A stretch of 64,000 bases of DNA from Ostrea edulis. Its lineage: Eukaryota. Under the pieces are notes generated by a model. It was not told the DNA's origin, ran no database searches, and worked only from the letters and a program-made list of their open reading frames with translations. The position numbers and the translations under genes are program-made. This document shows positions 61,691 through 64,000 of the stretch, piece after piece. Each line of letters begins with the position of its first letter. Position 1 is the stretch's first letter. The stretch spans positions 67,704,001-67,768,000 of the forward strand of contig NC_079172.1 in the NCBI RefSeq assembly GCF_947568905.1, written 5' to 3'.

Positions 61691-62255
61691 TTTTCATCAA
61701 ATACAAGACGGTTACATTTATACTGTATACACACGTATTTAACTCCCCTTTCCATTTGGGAATTGAAGTGGGACGTACCTCATTAATATTTAAATAATTA
61801 GAAATAGAACGGCAGATATGGAAAACATTACAGATATACTGTAGTATTTACGTATATTGTCATATCAAAGAAACGAAGTTTCACCGCATTTTCTATTTTC
61901 CCGAGTTTACGGTAAGAGTGTGAACTTGCTCTATTGGTGAATATTAATCTATTACATTACTTCATAGATATTTTGAAATCATTATTTTAATATAACTAAA
62001 AGTAAATATGATAGAGTGAGAGAGTACTTAAGATTATTTTATATATTTTCAAATCATCGTCCAGAATTAGGATACAATAAACAGCTAAAAGAACCTGAAC
62101 CACCAGTTTGTGTTTTTCATCAAATACAAGACGGTTACATGTATACTCCATACACAAGTATTTAACTCCCCTTTTCATTTGGGAATTGAAGTGGGAAGTA
62201 CCTCATTGATATTTAAATAATTAGAAATAGAACGACAGATATGGAAAACATTACA
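61691..62255. repeat. Diverged 142-bp direct repeat pair (61691-61832 and 62114-62255)
   Basis: TTTTCATCAAATACAAGACGGTTACAT...GGGAATTGAAGTGGGA...CAGATATGGAAAACATTACA occurs twice with scattered substitutions. Confidence 0.85.
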
Positions 62256-62790
62256 TAAGAAGGCAATTATCAGCCAGTGGAGCAAAATGTATCTAACACC
62301 AATAGGAAGCGTAACTGTACTTAAAACTTTGGTGCTGCCTCTTCTAAATCATATTCTGATGTCTATTCCTAATCCGTCTGATGCTTTTTGTAAAGAATTG
62401 GAAAAACTCTTTTACTCCTTTGTATGGTATGGTCCTAGCCACCGTATTAAGAAAATGGTGGTTTACGAATGATTGATATAAAAGCCTTTATTGCATCATA
62501 AATTTTTTTTTTTGATGAGACCATTAATCTTTACAGATAAAGGCTTTGAACTCTTCATTCCCAAGCTTGATTTCACCAAATTAACTACATGTGGAATAGA
62601 TTATATAAATGAAATTAAAACAACACTCAAAAATGTCTTTTGGATAAATGTCTTTAATGCTTGGATATGCTTAATTCAGAAGGACAAGGCAAAAAATCTG
62701 TTTAGTATAACATACAATATGTAAATGATATCATACATGAAGATGGTACTTTTTATTGTGCGAACATTTTGTAGTCTAAATCAAGCCACT
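62256..62790 (+). mobile_element. L1/Tx1-type LINE ORF2 fragment (post-RT region)
   Basis: IISQWSKMYLTPIGSVTVLKTLVLPLLNHILMSIPNPSDAFCKELEKLFYSFVWYGPSHRIKK resembles the L1-Tx1 W..R.LT..G...K.L.L...H....P.P.......F.F.W block. Confidence 0.7.
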
Positions 62791-62809
62791 TACGGTGTTT
62801 AGATGTATG

Positions 62810-64000
62810 TACGCAACCAGATGCAAGAGAAAATTTGGAGACAAATTTTGATAGCTGTTGGCAGAACTAAAATGAATTTTGAGAAAGATTCTCAGTGGAG
62901 TACAAACCATAAGCACCGAGAGGAGATGCTCAAACTTGACGGTTCTGTAGTAAGCAATTCGCACCAATCTGTTGGATCAGTTGCGTTGATCCGTCATCAC
63001 GGTCTAAACTTCAAAATGCCAAAGTTATGAGGCTAATTGCTGAGCATAAACTGAGAAAACTGAAAGAAAACAGGAATTTGAAAAAGCACGCAACGATCTA
63101 GAAATAAAACAAGAAATATTCGAACAAAGTGCTGAAGTTAAAGGGGCTAAAATAGTCCAGGGCGTTTGGCAATAAATATTGAATAACGAAGTGACAGCGA
63201 AGCCCAATCAGGAAACCATAGTCACTGATCCAGTGTTACATGAAAGGTGAAGATAACGAACTGTGATCAATCTCATAACTCATATAAGCAATACAAAATA
63301 GAGAGTTGGGAAAACACGGTACATGGTACAATGTAGATTACCTAGGCAGTTCGAGGTACAATCAACATTTGACCAAGGTGTAAAGATCATGGAGGATTCC
63401 AGTATGTACAGCTATTCCACAACTGACGGAAAATGTGCACATTACTGAAACAGTTCAAACTTCACAGCAAACGGACGACAAAGAAAATGCCTTTGGAAAA
63501 CTTGCGAAAGCTCTGCAAGAGGGTTTCACCCTACCAAAGCCAGAATTACTAACATTTAGTGGAAACTCTATTGAATACTGTAAGTTTATTAAGAACATTG
63601 AGATACATGTAGAAAGGTTAGAGATTACCAAATGGGACTGAACAACTTGATTCGGTATTGTAAAGGTGAGGCAAAATCCTCAATTGAGGAATATGTGCTT
63701 TTAAAACCCGAAGAAGGTTATGGAATGGCAAGAGAAATATTATTCTTGCATTATGGCAGGCCATATTTAGTTGCTAGGTCATTTATTGAGAAAATTGTTT
63801 ACGGCAATGAAATCAAAGCATCAAATTGTCAAAACGTGCCTAAGAAATGCAAAAGTGTGAAATCACATTGTCAAAATTAGGATTCAAGTCAGATAATGAC
63901 AACTCAAATAACCTTAGATGTAATGTTAGGAGATTGCCTACTCATTTGAGAGCCAAGTGGGTAGATGTGGCTCATTCAATTACAGATTCGAGTAGAGAGC
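62810..64000 (+). mobile_element. Degenerate BEL/Pao LTR retrotransposon gag region (DUF1759-like)
   Basis: LPKPELLTFSGNSIEYCKFIKNIE; LIRYCKGEAKSSIEEYVLLKPEEGYGMAREILFLHYGRPYLVARSFIEKI; RLPTHLRAKWVDVAHSI; frameshifts; runs off the window end. Confidence 0.82.

Overview
AT-rich eukaryotic (invertebrate, most likely bivalve/oyster-type; inference from repeat and gene families) genomic window with no prokaryotic features. Two host genes are supported. (1) A minus-strand multi-exon cadherin-like gene: 14 exons traced by hand with GT-AG sites and consistent phases from 29508 to 13860 (2,530 nt, about 843 aa). It encodes an unnamed Cys/Trp-containing N-terminal domain, six cadherin-like repeats, a Thr-rich stalk, one TM helix and a short basic tail. 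(2) A single-exon class A GPCR (melatonin-receptor-like) at 60342-61277. The rest is a dense mosaic of mobile-element relics: RTE, CR1/L2-like and L1/Tx1 LINE fragments, a Tc1 transposase, a Gmr1-type Gypsy element with both LTRs and IN-RT-RH order, BEL/Pao gag, a CryptonA-like tyrosine recombinase, Penelope-like pieces, many tRNA-derived SINEs, nested MITE/foldback elements and minisatellites. The most striking unannotated signal is six type I hammerhead ribozyme motifs in two families. One family forms a 350-nt tandem retrozyme-like locus (56571-57061) with dispersed copies at about 25.2 kb and 41.8 kb. The other forms a 91-bp perfect inverted pair inside a (TA)n tract (52158-52358). A degraded intronless TatD-like nuclease ORF lies next to the retrozyme. 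All calls were made by eye, without database searches.
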